Source of the DNA: Candidatus Omnitrophota bacterium
GTDB taxonomy: Bacteria; Omnitrophota; Gorgyraeia; 2-01-FULL-45-10
Assembly: GCA_041650935.1 (NCBI GenBank)
Contig: JBAZKH010000001.1
Location: 640,911 to 704,910 of the forward strand
Direction: 5' to 3'
Length of the DNA: 64,000 bases
The position numbers and the translations under genes are program-made. Of this stretch, positions 17,350 through 27,005 are shown in pieces. The notes under the pieces were generated by a model. It was not told the DNA's origin. It made no database searches and saw nothing but the letters and a program-made list of their open reading frames with translations. Positions within the stretch are counted from its first letter, which is position 1. Every line of letters starts with the position of its first letter.

Positions 17350-18632
17350 TACCTTTTTAAACACTTTTCGGAAATCTTGATCGAACAATATTCGCCGCAC
17401 ATCGTACAGACGTCTTTGGTGCCGGGTTTCGAGCTCGCGCGATACTTTTTCGGCCGCTGTATGTCTATGGCAAGCGCAAATTGCCGCTCCCAGTTCCGCT
17501 GTCTCCGCGCCCGCGATATTGCGATATCCCGGTCGATGGAGCCCTTTACACCTTTCGCAATATCGGCCGCGTGGGCCGCGATCTTCGATGCGATAACACC
17601 TTCCCGCACATCCTCGAGGGTCGGCAGTCTCAGGTGTTCCGACGGAGTTACATAACACAGGAAGTCGGCGCCTTTACTGGCCGCTATGGCGCCTCCGATC
17701 GCTGCCGTAATATGGTCGTAACCCGGGGCTATATCTGTCACGAGCGGACCCAGGACATAGAAAGGCGCGCCGTTACAAACGGACTTCTCGAGAATAACAT
17801 TCGCCTCGATCTGGTCGATCGGCACGTGCCCCGGACCTTCGATCATGACCTGTACCCCGCGGCGCAAAGCGCTCTTCTGCAATTCACCAAGGGTTAAAAG
17901 TTCCAGGATCTGCGGGGAGTCGGTCGCGTCCGCGATAGCGCCCGGCCTCAGGCCGTCGCCCAGGCTTAGCGTAACATCGTGCCGCTTTGCGATATCGATA
18001 ACTTCGTCAAAATGGTCGTAAAACGGATTCTCTCTATTGTTTTCGAGCATCCACTCGGCCAAAAAGGCTCCGCCCCGGCTCACGATGTCGAGTATGCGCG
18101 GATACTTACTCAAAGCTTTAAGCGCCTGTTTCGTGACACCGGCGTGTATGGTAAAAAAATCGACGCCCTCCCCGGCCTGGCGTTCGAGAACCTTCAGCAT
18201 GTAACTTACAGGTATATCCTTGATACGGCCGTATCTCTTTAGAGCCGTTATCACGATCTCGTAAATGGGCACGGTCCCGACCGGCACGCCGGACTTAGCG
18301 AGTATCTTTTTACGGGTCGCGTTTATCATCCGTCCCGTAGAAAGATCCATTACCGTATCGGCGCCAAGGTCTATAGCAGCCTTTGTCTTCATCAATTCGA
18401 TGGAAATATCGGACGAATCCCTGGAAGTGCCGATGTTCGCATTTATCTTGGTCCGCAAGCCTTTGCCGATGCCGCATGGCCTGGAGACGCTGCGGTTCCT
18501 GTTTTTCGGGACCACGATAACCCCGCCGGAAAGACCCTTGCGCACCATCTCCGCGCTTACATTCTCGTCTTTAGCTATCCGCGCGACTTCGGGTGAGATC
18601 TTACCCGCGCGCGCAATATCAATCTGCGTCAT
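17349..18632 (-). CDS. thiC: phosphomethylpyrimidine synthase
   Basis: 427 aa. C-terminal CxxCxxxxC radical-SAM-type motif CTMCGEYCSIK and ThiC family conservation throughout. Confidence 0.92.
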   Translation of the reverse strand: MTQIDIARAGKISPEVARIAKDENVSAEMVRKGLSGGVIVVPKNRNRSVSRPCGIGKGLRTKINANIGTSRDSSDISIELMKTKAAIDLGADTVMDLSTGRMINATRKKILAKSGVPVGTVPIYEIVITALKRYGRIKDIPVSYMLKVLERQAGEGVDFFTIHAGVTKQALKALSKYPRILDIVSRGGAFLAEWMLENNRENPFYDHFDEVIDIAKRHDVTLSLGDGLRPGAIADATDSPQILELLTLGELQKSALRRGVQVMIEGPGHVPIDQIEANVILEKSVCNGAPFYVLGPLVTDIAPGYDHITAAIGGAIAASKGADFLCYVTPSEHLRLPTLEDVREGVIASKIAAHAADIAKGVKGSIDRDIAISRARRQRNWERQFALAIDIQRPKKYRASSKPGTKDVCTMCGEYCSIKISEKCLKR

Positions 18633-19044
18633 TCAGCCTCTTCATAACCTTTTTTTCTATCGCGTATGTTTTAAACCTCAGGCCGCAAAATTTTGAGGAG
18701 CCCCTTAGGTCTATCAGCTTAAATAGCTCCTCCAGGACCCGCAATGACTCTTTTACGCGCTCGATATTTGCGGCAAATACATCCGAAAGCGACTTGCGCC
18801 GCATCTCGGTTTCGAATCTCGAGTGCCGCAGGACATCGCCCGCCGCATCCCGGGACAGAGTCAAAGCGCTAAATTCCGCGGCGGAGGATTTCGCTATATC
18901 GGAAACAGCGTGCCGGACAGCTTTTAGCTGCCCGGTGAGAACCTTTGAGTTCAATGCGAACCTGGCTATATCCTCACAAACCCTTAGGCCCTCGCGTGAG
19001 CGGTTAAGGTTAGCGTCGATAATGCGGTAGAGTTCGCGTTTCAT
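18619..19044 (-). CDS. hypothetical conserved protein (14-nt overlap with thiC)
   Basis: 141 aa, co-directional and translationally coupled. No confident family call. Confidence 0.45.
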   Translation of the reverse strand: MKRELYRIIDANLNRSREGLRVCEDIARFALNSKVLTGQLKAVRHAVSDIAKSSAAEFSALTLSRDAAGDVLRHSRFETEMRRKSLSDVFAANIERVKESLRVLEELFKLIDLRGSSKFCGLRFKTYAIEKKVMKRLNDAD

Positions 19045-19047
19045 TGA

Positions 19048-19527
19048 TCAGTTTCCCGATATCCTTCGCACTAACGATGTCGTAGAATAACCGTTCACAA
19101 AAGAGACTATGCCGACCTTGCCGCCGTAAGACTTCACGAACCGCCCGCCCACTATACTGGACTCATCCCAATCCCCGCCTTTTACAAGAAAATCCGGCCT
19201 GACCTTCCTTATGAGACGTTCCGGCGTATCTTCATTAAATATTACCACGTAATCGACAAACCGGAGAGCGGCCAGGACCTTAGCGCGGTCGCTTTGCTTG
19301 TTTATCGGACGGGACCTGCCTTTAAGGCGCCTGACGGAAGCATCGCTATTCAAGCCGATCACAAGCAGATCGCCCATCCGCCGCGCCCTGGAGAGGTATT
19401 TGACATGACCCGTGTGGATTATATCAAAACATCCATTGGTAAAGACTATCTTTTTACCTTTGGCGCGTAACGGGGACAATATTTTTGACAAACTCCCCTG
19501 ACCGATCACCCTGCCGGAAGCCTTCAT
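19048..19527 (-). CDS. D-glycero-beta-D-manno-heptose-1-phosphate adenylyltransferase (RfaE domain II, cytidylyltransferase fold)
   Basis: Nucleotidyltransferase motif IVFTNGCFDIIHTGHVKYL. Start moved to the ATG that overlaps the gmhA stop (ATGA). Confidence 0.8.
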   Translation of the reverse strand: MKASGRVIGQGSLSKILSPLRAKGKKIVFTNGCFDIIHTGHVKYLSRARRMGDLLVIGLNSDASVRRLKGRSRPINKQSDRAKVLAALRFVDYVVIFNEDTPERLIRKVRPDFLVKGGDWDESSIVGGRFVKSYGGKVGIVSFVNGYSTTSLVRRISGN

Positions 19528-20093
19528 TTTGTAATTTCGTTCTCCACAAGCTCGCATATAATATGGCCGACCATGATGTGGGATTCCTGTATGCGGGCCG
19601 TATCTTTCGATTGGATCGTTATAAGGCAATCGCACAACTCCTTCATGGCGCCGCCGCCTGAGCCCGTCAAGCCGATCGTCCTTACTTTAAGTGCCCGGGC
19701 CTTATCCAGGGCCGCCAGCACATTTTTGGAATTCCCGCTCGTCGAAATACCCATCGCAACGTCGCCTTCTTTCGCGAGCGCCTCAACCTGGCGCGAAAAA
19801 CTGACGTCGTACCCATAATCATTGGCTATCGCCGTCAACGTAGAAGTGTTGGTCGTAAGCGCTATCGCCGCCAGCGCCCGCCTCTCTTTCTTAAAACGTC
19901 CGACAAGCTCGGCCGCGATATGCTGGCTATCCGCGGCGCTGCCGCCGTTGCCGAAAATAAGGAGTTTTCCGCCGGAATTAAGGGAGACCGTGATGAGCCG
20001 CACCGCTTTTTCGATATTCTCGACCTGGCTCTTGTGCAGATCCTCTTTAACTTCTATGCTCTGCTCTATCCTCGCCCGTATCGTGTTTTTCAT
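19524..20093 (-). CDS. gmhA: phosphoheptose (sedoheptulose-7-phosphate) isomerase
   Basis: 189 aa SIS domain with GNGGSAADSQH and ISTSGNS motifs. Confidence 0.88.
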   Translation of the reverse strand: MKNTIRARIEQSIEVKEDLHKSQVENIEKAVRLITVSLNSGGKLLIFGNGGSAADSQHIAAELVGRFKKERRALAAIALTTNTSTLTAIANDYGYDVSFSRQVEALAKEGDVAMGISTSGNSKNVLAALDKARALKVRTIGLTGSGGGAMKELCDCLITIQSKDTARIQESHIMVGHIICELVENEITK

Positions 20094-20131
20094 ATTGTTT
20101 GCCTCATCATTACTTCCCGCTTCCCTAGCTC

Positions 20132-20300
20132 AAATTTTTCGACAACTCATGAAACACAATGTGGCGATGTGGTGAGTAGGGCGTAAAAATTTCGAGGCAG
20201 CGTACGAGAAATTTTTCCGAGCGCAATTTTCACATGGCTGAAAATTGCGCGTCCCTACGAACCACATTGACGCATTGTGTTCTACTGATACGAAAAATTT
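20132..20300 (-). repeat. MITE-like intergenic repeat, copy B (inverted relative to A and C; carries a ~65-bp internal insertion with a perfect 12-bp palindrome GCGCAATTTTCA/TGAAAATTGCGC)
   Basis: The reverse complement aligns with A and C: TTTTTCGTATCAGTAGAACACAATGCGTCAATGTGGTTCGTAGGGACGCGC ... GCCCTACTCACCACATCGCCACATTGTG. AAATTTTTCG-type TIRs at both ends. Confidence 0.6.
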
Positions 20301-20309
20301 ATCCCTTCT

Positions 20310-21359
20310 TTATCCAAAGAAGGTTTTGGCCATATCGTAGAATTTCGCGTCGACGGTCTTGAGTTTGCCGACGGCTTCCTCTATCGGCACTTCCCGTATC
20401 TCAGTGCCGGAGAGACTCACCATATAGCCGAACTTTCCCTCGAGCGCAAGCTCCATCGCCCTTACGCCGAAACGCGTTCCGAGAACCCTGTCGAACGCGG
20501 TCGGTGAACCGCCTCTCTGTACGTGGCCGAGAACCGTCACGCGCGTCTCGAACTTCGTCCTCTTCTCCACTTCCTCAGCCAGGGTCTCGCCTATGCCTCC
20601 CAGCCTTACATGTCCGAAGGCATCGAGTTTCTCCTCTTTCGTCACAACCTGCCCTGTCTTAAACTCCGCACCTTCGGCAACCGCTACGATAGAGAAGAGC
20701 CTGCCGCGATTATAGCGTTTTTTCAGAAGATCGCATACTTCGTCCAGGTCGATAGGTATTTCGGGTATGAGGATTATATCGGCGCCCGCCGCAAGGCCGG
20801 CGTGCAGGGCTATCCATCCCGCGTGCCTGCCCATTATCTCAACGACCATTACCCTGTGATGACTCTCAGCCGTCGTATGGAGCCTGTCTATGGCCTCCAT
20901 CGCGATATTTACCGCCGTATCGAATCCGAATGTATAATCGGTCGCATTCAGGTCGTTGTCGATCGTCTTGGGAACGCCGACGACATTTAACCCTTTGTTC
21001 TCCCTGCAAAGCTTATTGGCGACCCCGAGAGTATCTTCGCCGCCTATCGCTATCAACGCATCGAGCTTGAGTTTCTTGTAATTAGCAATTACTTTATCCA
21101 CATCGCCCGGCTTTTTATATGGATTCGTCCTGGATGTGCCCAGTATCGTGCCGCCCTTCGGCAGTATCCCGGCTATCGCATCGATATCAAGAGTCATGGT
21201 ATCGGCTTCGACCAGACCTTTCCAGCCGTTCTTTATGCCCACTACTTTGACATCATTAGGAATCGCTTTTTTGACAACCGCTCTTATAACCGCATTTAAG
21301 CCCGGGCAATCACCGCCGCCCGTCAAAACCCCAACCCTTTCCATTTTACTAACCTCCAT
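20310..21359 (-). CDS. pfkA: 6-phosphofructokinase (ATP- or PPi-dependent)
   Basis: 349 aa. GVLTGGGDCPGLNAVIR, IGGEDTLGVANKL and MGRHAGWIAL motifs. Confidence 0.88.
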   Translation of the reverse strand: MEVSKMERVGVLTGGGDCPGLNAVIRAVVKKAIPNDVKVVGIKNGWKGLVEADTMTLDIDAIAGILPKGGTILGTSRTNPYKKPGDVDKVIANYKKLKLDALIAIGGEDTLGVANKLCRENKGLNVVGVPKTIDNDLNATDYTFGFDTAVNIAMEAIDRLHTTAESHHRVMVVEIMGRHAGWIALHAGLAAGADIILIPEIPIDLDEVCDLLKKRYNRGRLFSIVAVAEGAEFKTGQVVTKEEKLDAFGHVRLGGIGETLAEEVEKRTKFETRVTVLGHVQRGGSPTAFDRVLGTRFGVRAMELALEGKFGYMVSLSGTEIREVPIEEAVGKLKTVDAKFYDMAKTFFG

Positions 21360-21403
21360 TTTATCTGTTTAATATCCCCCGCCAATAACCTGACGACCGG
21401 CAG

Positions 21404-22012
21404 CTAATAATTCCCGTACTCTATACTGCCCCTGAATTGAGAGGAGGGCTTCTCCTCTTTATTCTGCCCCTTAGGGGGCTCTTCCTTGTGCACTATCTTT
21501 ACCACGTGCACCCGTATACTGATAGGCTCCTCTACGCCCAGCATATCCTGTACGCGGCTCTTGACGATATTCTGTATCTTTTCGGTAGTTTCCGGAATAT
21601 TCACATCGGAGAATAAGGTAACTTTATTTATTATTATTATCCCTTTTTTCCCGGCGCGGACATTGGGCTTGAGCTCTTTTACTTCCGGAAGCTGTCTGAG
21701 CGCGCGGCGTATAAAATCTTCTATGGCGCTTAACGCTATCGTGACCTGCCCGTCGGGATTCTCGAACGCGATCGTCTTCTCCCGCCGTATCTTTCCGACC
21801 GTGAGTTGGACGACCATGATGCTTATGAAGATGAGAACGAGCCCTGTCAACCCAAGGATAAGGCGTATGTTGGTCATTGCATAAAGCATCGCTATGGTGT
21901 CGACGATCGCCTCCTGGGAAATGATGTTCAGCGATACCGCAACAAAAAGGCCTCCGATTGTCAAAAATACCAGCGTATAAAAGAATAAAGTCAGTCCGCT
22001 TACTATCCTCAT
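21404..22012 (-). CDS. Asp23 membrane-anchor protein AmaP-like (DUF2273)
   Basis: Two N-terminal TM helices, then a cytoplasmic domain. Adjacent to Asp23. Start placed at the internal ATG (MRIVSGL...). Confidence 0.6.
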   Translation of the reverse strand: MRIVSGLTLFFYTLVFLTIGGLFVAVSLNIISQEAIVDTIAMLYAMTNIRLILGLTGLVLIFISIMVVQLTVGKIRREKTIAFENPDGQVTIALSAIEDFIRRALRQLPEVKELKPNVRAGKKGIIIINKVTLFSDVNIPETTEKIQNIVKSRVQDMLGVEEPISIRVHVVKIVHKEEPPKGQNKEEKPSSQFRGSIEYGNY

Positions 22013-22028
22013 AATAGTCCTCTCTTTC

Positions 22029-22403
22029 TTAAACCGTCCGGGAGCGCACGCCCTCGACGACAACATCGACTTCGGTCAGGATAAGGCCCGCCATCTTTTC
22101 GACGGCCCTCTTCACGCTCTCCTGCACCTCGTCGGCAACCCTGGGAATATCTACGCCGTACTCCACTATTATCGAGACGATAAGCTTTACTTCGCTTTCG
22201 TGCATATGGATACTGACGCCCCGTGACGAAAACCTGTTCAATAGAAAATCGACAAATGCCCTCGAAACGCCCCCGCCCATCCGCTCGACGCCCTTCACTT
22301 CCATAGCGGCAATAGAAGCTATCGCGGCTATAGCGTCGTTACTTATCCGCACCACACCCAGGTCTGTCGACCTGTCCCTGTTAAGCTGCTGTTCTTTAGC
22401 CAT
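22029..22403 (-). CDS. Asp23/Gls24 (alkaline shock protein) family protein
   Basis: DUF322 conservation: GVVRISNDAIAAIASIAAMEVKGV. Confidence 0.8.
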   Translation of the reverse strand: MAKEQQLNRDRSTDLGVVRISNDAIAAIASIAAMEVKGVERMGGGVSRAFVDFLLNRFSSRGVSIHMHESEVKLIVSIIVEYGVDIPRVADEVQESVKRAVEKMAGLILTEVDVVVEGVRSRTV

Positions 22404-22414
22404 AACATTACACC

Positions 22415-23767
22415 TCACTCTGTTTCTGCAAAAAGTTTTTCCACGAAATCCGTAGAGAATTTTCCGCGTATGAACGCGGGGTTGTTCATAACGTTCTTAT
22501 GGAAGGGGATTGTGGTCTTTATCGGCTCGACTACGAATTCATCGAGCGCCCTCTTCGCTATATTGATCGCATCGGACCTGTCGTGACCATGTACGATCAA
22601 TTTGCCAACCATCGAATCATAATAAGGCGGAATATCGTAACCTGTGTAGACGTGGGTATCAAGACGCACGCCGCGGCCGCCGGGGAGATGGAGAGTCGTT
22701 ATCTTACCCGGGGAAGGCATAAAGTCGTTATCGGGGTCCTCGGCGTTTATCCTGCACTCGATCGCGTTCCCGACGAATTTTATATCTTCCTGCTTATACA
22801 ATATCTTTTCTCCGGCGGCTATCCTTATCTGCTCTTTTATAAGGTCGATACCGGTAACCGTTTCGGTTATGGTATGCTCGACCTGGATGCGGGTATTCAT
22901 CTCCATAAAATAGAATGAATGGTCCTCGTCCAGCAGAAACTCTATCGTGCCGGCATTGAGATAGCCTATCGATTTCGCGCATTTTATGGCGGCTTCGCCC
23001 ATCTTTTTGCGCATCTTGCTGTCGAGAACCGGCGACGGCGTCTCCTCGATCAGTTTCTGGTGACGGCGCTGTATGGTGCAGTCACGCTCACCCAGATGCA
23101 CAATATGACCGTATTTGTCGCCCAGGATCTGTATCTCGATATGACGCGGCCGTTCGATATATTTTTCTATATAAACATCGGGGTTGCCGAATGCGGCCTC
23201 CGCTTCCCTCTGGGCGGTCAGAAGCGCTCCTATAAGGCGGACGTCATTATGGCAGATACGCATGCCCTTGCCGCCGCCGCCTGCCGCCGCCTTGACTATG
23301 ACGGGATATTTCATCTCTTTGGCAATTTTCAGCGCTTCCTCCTTCGTCTTTATGACCGCTTTCGAGCCCGGAATGATCGGGACGCCCGCCTTGCGCGCGG
23401 ACTCTTTTGCGGCCATCTTGTCGCCCATCCGTCTTATGTTGTCCGGCGTAGGGCCGATGAACTTTATCTTGCAGGATTCACATATCTCGGCGAAATGGGC
23501 GTCTTCGGCAAGAAAGCCATAGCCGGGATGTATCGCCTCGACATCCGTTATCTCGGCGGCGGATATTATGCTTGGGATATTGAGATAACTGGAAGAGCTC
23601 GCGGCAGGACCAATGCAGATCGCCTCATCGGCGTACCGGACGTGCAGGGAACTGATATCAGGCTGTGAGTATACTGCCACAGTCCGTATGCCCATCTCTT
23701 TGCAGGCCCTTATTATCCTTAGCGCTACCTCACCCCTATTTGCGATCAATATCTTTGTAAACATCAT
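22415..23767 (-). CDS. accC: acetyl-CoA carboxylase biotin carboxylase subunit
   Basis: 450 aa with ATP-grasp and [23 protein letters not shown]. Confidence 0.93.
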   Translation of the reverse strand: MMFTKILIANRGEVALRIIRACKEMGIRTVAVYSQPDISSLHVRYADEAICIGPAASSSSYLNIPSIISAAEITDVEAIHPGYGFLAEDAHFAEICESCKIKFIGPTPDNIRRMGDKMAAKESARKAGVPIIPGSKAVIKTKEEALKIAKEMKYPVIVKAAAGGGGKGMRICHNDVRLIGALLTAQREAEAAFGNPDVYIEKYIERPRHIEIQILGDKYGHIVHLGERDCTIQRRHQKLIEETPSPVLDSKMRKKMGEAAIKCAKSIGYLNAGTIEFLLDEDHSFYFMEMNTRIQVEHTITETVTGIDLIKEQIRIAAGEKILYKQEDIKFVGNAIECRINAEDPDNDFMPSPGKITTLHLPGGRGVRLDTHVYTGYDIPPYYDSMVGKLIVHGHDRSDAINIAKRALDEFVVEPIKTTIPFHKNVMNNPAFIRGKFSTDFVEKLFAETE

Positions 23768-23772
23768 CTCTC

Positions 23773-24219
23773 CTATACCGCAGGCTCTATCACAAAGAGG
23801 ACCTGGCCAAATTCTATGGGTTCGGCATTATCGGCCTGTATCTCTGTGATCTTGCCCTTGACTTCAGACTTAATCTCATTCATGAGTTTCATTGCCTCGA
23901 TGATACAGACAACCTGGCCGACCTCTATGGAATCGCCCACGCTTACGTAAGGCGGGGCTTCGGGAGACGGCGAACGATAGAAGGTACCTACCATCGGCGC
24001 CTTTATCTCCACGACATTCTTCTTCTGAACTTTCTCTTCCTGCGGCGCCTTCTCCTGCGCGGCGGCCTGTTTGGGCGCGGCATACTCAACCGCCTTTTCA
24101 TAAACGCCGCCCGCGCCTTTCTTGAGGCGTATCCGCACGCCGTCTTTTTCGACCTCAAGTTCCGTCAGGCCGTTCTCGTTCATCAAATTTATCATATCTT
24201 TGATCTCTTTTATGTACAT
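23773..24219 (-). CDS. accB: acetyl-CoA carboxylase biotin carboxyl carrier protein
   Basis: Biotinyl-lysine motif [22 protein letters not shown] before the ATG chosen as start (the longest ORF begins at a TTG). Confidence 0.88.
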   Translation of the reverse strand: MYIKEIKDMINLMNENGLTELEVEKDGVRIRLKKGAGGVYEKAVEYAAPKQAAAQEKAPQEEKVQKKNVVEIKAPMVGTFYRSPSPEAPPYVSVGDSIEVGQVVCIIEAMKLMNEIKSEVKGKITEIQADNAEPIEFGQVLFVIEPAV

Positions 24220-24240
24220 ATCGCCCTCTTTCCTATTTAA

Positions 24241-24300
24241 TGACAAATTTCAATTTTGGTCATTAACGATTGATTTGTCATTTGGATTTTGTCATTTGTC
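24241..24300 (-). promoter_or_regulatory. array of ATGACAAA direct repeats (3 to 4 copies) plus an inverted copy in the accBC leader/promoter; putative operator
   Basis: Minus strand reads AATGACAAATGACAAAATCCAAATGACAAATCAATCGTTAATGACCAAAATTGAAATTTGTCATT immediately 5' of the accB RBS. Confidence 0.35.
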
Positions 24301-24301
24301 A

Positions 24302-25360
24302 TTATCTTGACAGTATCTTGCACCCTTTATCCGTTACCAGCACCATATCTTCGACCCTTACCCCGCCGAACCGCGGTATGTATATAGCCGGCTCTACGGT
24401 AAATACCATACCGCTTTGCAGCCGTCCTTCGCTCATAGGCGAAATGTTCGGTTTTTCGTGCACTTCCATGCCTACGCCATGACCGAGAGCGTGGCCGAAA
24501 TATTTACCAAACCCTTTGTTCTTTATATATTCCCTGGCCGCCGCGTCGACCTTGGCGATATCACCGCCGGGCCGGATAAGGTCGATTGCCCTGGCTTGAG
24601 CATCGCTTACAACCTTCCATATCTTATCCATGCGGGGCCGGGCTTTTCCCACAACTACCATGCGCGTCATATCCGATGCGTACCTTTTAAGAAGACAACC
24701 GATATCGATCATAACATAACTATTCCGCGTTATCCGCCGCGCCGCAGGAACGGCGTGCGGTTTCGACGAATTCGCGTCTGCCGCGACTATAGGATCGAAA
24801 CTCGGCCGCGCGCCGCTTGCAAGGATAGCCATCTCTATTTCGCGGGCAATCGACTCTTCGGTCGCCCCGGGTTTTATAAAGGATCCTGCCTTCTTAAATA
24901 TATCGTGTGTCAGCCGGATAGATCTTTTAATAACAGCTATCTCGTCCGCGTCTTTTATGGCCCTCAATTCCTCAACCGGCTCCTGGGCGGGTAAAAACAG
25001 GCTCTTTGCCAGAGACTTTTTTAATCGGACGGCCACTTCATACGAGAGGTTTCTCGATTCGAACCCTATCCTCTTCAGCCTTTCGGCGGCAGTTATCTCT
25101 TCGATAATCTTATAAAGGGATCCCCGGGCCAGCCGGATATCGAACCCCGTAACGGAATCCCCGGCGTCTTCTATATACCGGGAATCGGTTATGAAGAAAG
25201 ATTTGTCCGGAGTGACGATGATCGTAGCATCGTGTCCCGTAAAACCGCTCAGGTACGAAATATTGATGTCGTTTGTCACAAGGAGCGCGTCTAGCTTATC
25301 CCGCCGCAGTCTTTTTTTTAAAAGAGCGAGTCTTTTACCGGATACGGTATCAGGGGTCAT
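24302..25360 (-). CDS. M24B Xaa-Pro aminopeptidase
   Basis: HGVGMEVHE metal-ligand motif and a creatinase/prolidase N-terminal domain. Confidence 0.85.
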   Translation of the reverse strand: MTPDTVSGKRLALLKKRLRRDKLDALLVTNDINISYLSGFTGHDATIIVTPDKSFFITDSRYIEDAGDSVTGFDIRLARGSLYKIIEEITAAERLKRIGFESRNLSYEVAVRLKKSLAKSLFLPAQEPVEELRAIKDADEIAVIKRSIRLTHDIFKKAGSFIKPGATEESIAREIEMAILASGARPSFDPIVAADANSSKPHAVPAARRITRNSYVMIDIGCLLKRYASDMTRMVVVGKARPRMDKIWKVVSDAQARAIDLIRPGGDIAKVDAAAREYIKNKGFGKYFGHALGHGVGMEVHEKPNISPMSEGRLQSGMVFTVEPAIYIPRFGGVRVEDMVLVTDKGCKILSR

Positions 25361-25794
25361 TTGTCTATCAAGCTTATGGCGGCTTCGAGACCTAAAAGAT
25401 AGCTCAACTTCCCGAAACCAGAAACCTGCCCTCTGGCGACCGGCGCGATAAGGGAGGTATGTCTGAATTCTTCACGGCCGTATATATTCGAAAGGTGTAC
25501 CTCGACGGCAGGAATACTGACCGCGCTTATGGCATCTCGTATCGCTACGCTCGTATGCGTATAAGCCGCCGGATTTATCAGTATGGCGTCGAATTTTCCT
25601 TTAGCGCGGCCTATCCGTTCGACGATATTGCCTTCGTGGTCGGACTGCATTATTTCAAGCGCAACCTTCCGCGTCTTTGCCAGCTTCTCCAGATCCCTGT
25701 TTATCTCATCGATCGTTACGCTGCCATAAACATCCACTTCCCGCGTTCCGAGGAGATTCAGGTTCGGCCCATGTATTACGAGTATCTTGCGCAT
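25357..25794 (-). CDS. aroQ: type II 3-dehydroquinate dehydratase
   Basis: 145 aa. [16 protein letters not shown] and [12 protein letters not shown] motifs. Confidence 0.9.
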   Translation of the reverse strand: MRKILVIHGPNLNLLGTREVDVYGSVTIDEINRDLEKLAKTRKVALEIMQSDHEGNIVERIGRAKGKFDAILINPAAYTHTSVAIRDAISAVSIPAVEVHLSNIYGREEFRHTSLIAPVARGQVSGFGKLSYLLGLEAAISLIDK

Positions 25795-25800
25795 CGTATT

Positions 25801-25974
25801 TTAACCCTCTCTTTCGCCGGTCTCCTCCGCCGCCTCGATGAGCATAACGGGGATATCGTCTTTTACGGGATATGCCTTACGGCACTTGACACAGATTATC
25901 TTATCGCCTTTAAGTTCCACACTGCCTTTACAGGCCGGGCAGGCAAGTATATCAAACAGTTCTTTATCGATCAT
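25801..25974 (-). CDS. Trm112-like / UPF0434 zinc-ribbon small protein (57 aa, below ORF-track cutoff)
   Basis: MIDKELFDILACPACKGSVELKGDKIICVKCRKAYPVKDDIPVMLIEAAEETGEREG. ATGA overlap with the upstream gene stop. Confidence 0.65.
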   Translation of the reverse strand: MIDKELFDILACPACKGSVELKGDKIICVKCRKAYPVKDDIPVMLIEAAEETGEREG

Positions 25975-26966
25975 ATGCGGGCGCTCTTCTCCATATCGCC
26001 CAGCCGGATCTTAAATTGCGGGCTGAACGCATAGACGAGCCCGCCCGCTACGCTTGTAACGAGCGTGACCAGGAACCATAATATACCGACGACAAAGGCG
26101 TTCTCGCTGCCTATTATCGGCCCGAAGAGCACTACGGTCGAGCCTTCCCTTACACCCAGGCCGTTTATCGACGGCAAGAGGCTGAGGGCGCTGATTATCG
26201 GCATCCTGATCAGTATCTCCATCGGAGGTATCGCCGCGCCGATGCCCCCGGCCAGGATACCGATACTCATAAAGAAGAATATCTGGCTCACTACGGAGAT
26301 TGCCAGGGATTTGATCATGAGAGCGGTATGGTCTTTGTAAAGGTGCATCGCGTTGTATATCTTCCGGAGAGTCTCTTCGAGAGGGCGAACAAGCGCAAGG
26401 ACAGCGGAAAATTTCTTGGCAAATTTCTTGTTCATTATGAAAAGTACGGCAATAAGCGAGCAGGCTGTAATGGTGTATATCGCGTACCGGATGTTCGTAT
26501 CTATGATCTGGTTTTGCATAAACAAGAGAGCGGCGGCGGCCATCATTATCATAGTAAACAACCCGATCGCCCTGTCGACAAATACGGCAGTGAAAGAAGC
26601 CAGTTTTTTCGAGCTTTTCTTGGAAAGGTAATACGCCTTGGCCACATCCCCGCCTATAGATGTCGGAAGAAAATTATTAAAAAAATACCCGATGAGCGTA
26701 AGCGATACGGTCTCCGCCAGGGTTACGCGGGCCACCTCCTGCGCATCCACGATAAGCTTGAGCCGCGCGGAAGCCACTATCGCGGCCAGGATGAAAGCGC
26801 CCAGCCCCAGCAGCATAAATACGGGATTGGCGCCTTTTATCGCACTCAATATCTGCGCATATTTATCTCTCATCATATATAGTAATATTATGATAAGAGC
26901 AAGGCTTATAAACGCCTTAAGAAAGATTGATAAGATCTTTTTTGCCATGGGTAAATAATTTAACAT
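25971..26966 (-). CDS. flippase-like / lysylphosphatidylglycerol-synthase TM-domain (UPF0104) membrane protein
   Basis: 331 aa with about 8 TM helices. Family-level resemblance only. Confidence 0.7.
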   Translation of the reverse strand: MLNYLPMAKKILSIFLKAFISLALIIILLYMMRDKYAQILSAIKGANPVFMLLGLGAFILAAIVASARLKLIVDAQEVARVTLAETVSLTLIGYFFNNFLPTSIGGDVAKAYYLSKKSSKKLASFTAVFVDRAIGLFTMIMMAAAALLFMQNQIIDTNIRYAIYTITACSLIAVLFIMNKKFAKKFSAVLALVRPLEETLRKIYNAMHLYKDHTALMIKSLAISVVSQIFFFMSIGILAGGIGAAIPPMEILIRMPIISALSLLPSINGLGVREGSTVVLFGPIIGSENAFVVGILWFLVTLVTSVAGGLVYAFSPQFKIRLGDMEKSARI

Positions 26967-27005
26967 ACCGGTAATTATATGTAAAGAGGAATTTGTCCGA
27001 AAAGG

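Noticed and set aside
17245-18696. ORFs 17245..17658(-), 17308..17655(+), 17481..17897(+), 18265..18696(+) inside or overlapping thiC
   Set aside because: These are shadow ORFs of a highly conserved ThiC frame. No RBS and no recognisable domains.
18633-20131. TPP riboswitch expected upstream of thiC
   Set aside because: thiC is translationally coupled to upstream genes. Neither the thiC upstream region nor repeat copy B contains the CUGAGA / ACCUGAUCUGGAUAAUGCCAGCG thi-box.
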